The position numbers and the translations under genes are program-made. A DNA stretch of 64,000 nt, from contig CP068257.2 of NCBI GenBank assembly GCA_009914755.4, positions 21,184,001-21,248,000 of the forward strand, given 5' to 3'. The notes beneath the pieces were generated by a model. That model searched no databases. It saw only the letters and a list, made by a program, of their open reading frames with translations, and was not told where the DNA came from. How positions within the stretch are numbered: the first letter of the stretch is position 1; each line of letters starts with the position of its first letter. Below are positions 63,771-64,000 of the stretch, one piece after another. The DNA is from the human T2T-CHM13v2.0 reference genome, Homo sapiens.

Positions 63771-64000
63771 AAATATAGTATAACACAGGTGGCATGTTGT
63801 AAAACAGAGTAATTCGAAATTGGAAATTAACTTATTATCAAAAAAATAATTTCTTCTCTCAGTGGAATAATTTAGTCAACTTCCTTATGACAGCAATTTG
63901 TGACAACTGAGGTTAGACAAAGTTGGAACCTAAATTTACTGTAAGTAAAGGTTGCCATTATGCTTTATATGCTGAAAAGGCATTGAAGAAACCCATATTT

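Overview
This window is primate, almost certainly human, nuclear genomic DNA rather than prokaryotic sequence. I found no supportable protein-coding gene, RNA gene, CRISPR array or novel system; the hunt prompt's premise is not borne out here.

The window is dense in Alu SINEs: about 20 full or partial copies on both strands, several with readable target-site duplications and A/T tails. There are many LINE-1 pieces: a large nested, rearranged L1 cluster at ~3.0-12.7 kb, plus 5'-truncated L1 3' ends at ~29.8-30.7, 33.4-34.2, 41.4-42.6, 56.3-56.7 and 61.6-62.2 kb. Other elements are MaLR/THE1-type LTR elements (including an apparently full-length THE1-like copy at ~49.4-51.6 kb), a MADE1/Hsmar1 MITE, MIR-like fragments, and a minus-strand endogenous-retrovirus pol (RNase H) remnant at ~42.8-43.2 kb. 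An unclassified ~400-bp LTR-like repeat occurs three times in the same orientation. The remainder is AT-rich, CpG-poor unique sequence with microsatellites and AT-rich tandem blocks.

Every ORF in the supplied six-frame track is 200 aa or shorter and either lies in one of these repeats or is an uninterrupted-frame artefact. None is called as a host gene.

What is worth a second look is therefore structural rather than a new system: a possible degenerate provirus bracketed by two LTR-like copies; an interleaved inverted-repeat structure at ~57.5 kb; a local ~250-bp duplication; and an ERV pol remnant with an adjacent ~330-bp tandem duplication cut off by nested Alu and L1 insertions.

All family assignments come from my recognition of consensus-like sequence and inferred translations. 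I ran no database search, and all coordinates are approximate (about +/-15 bp).
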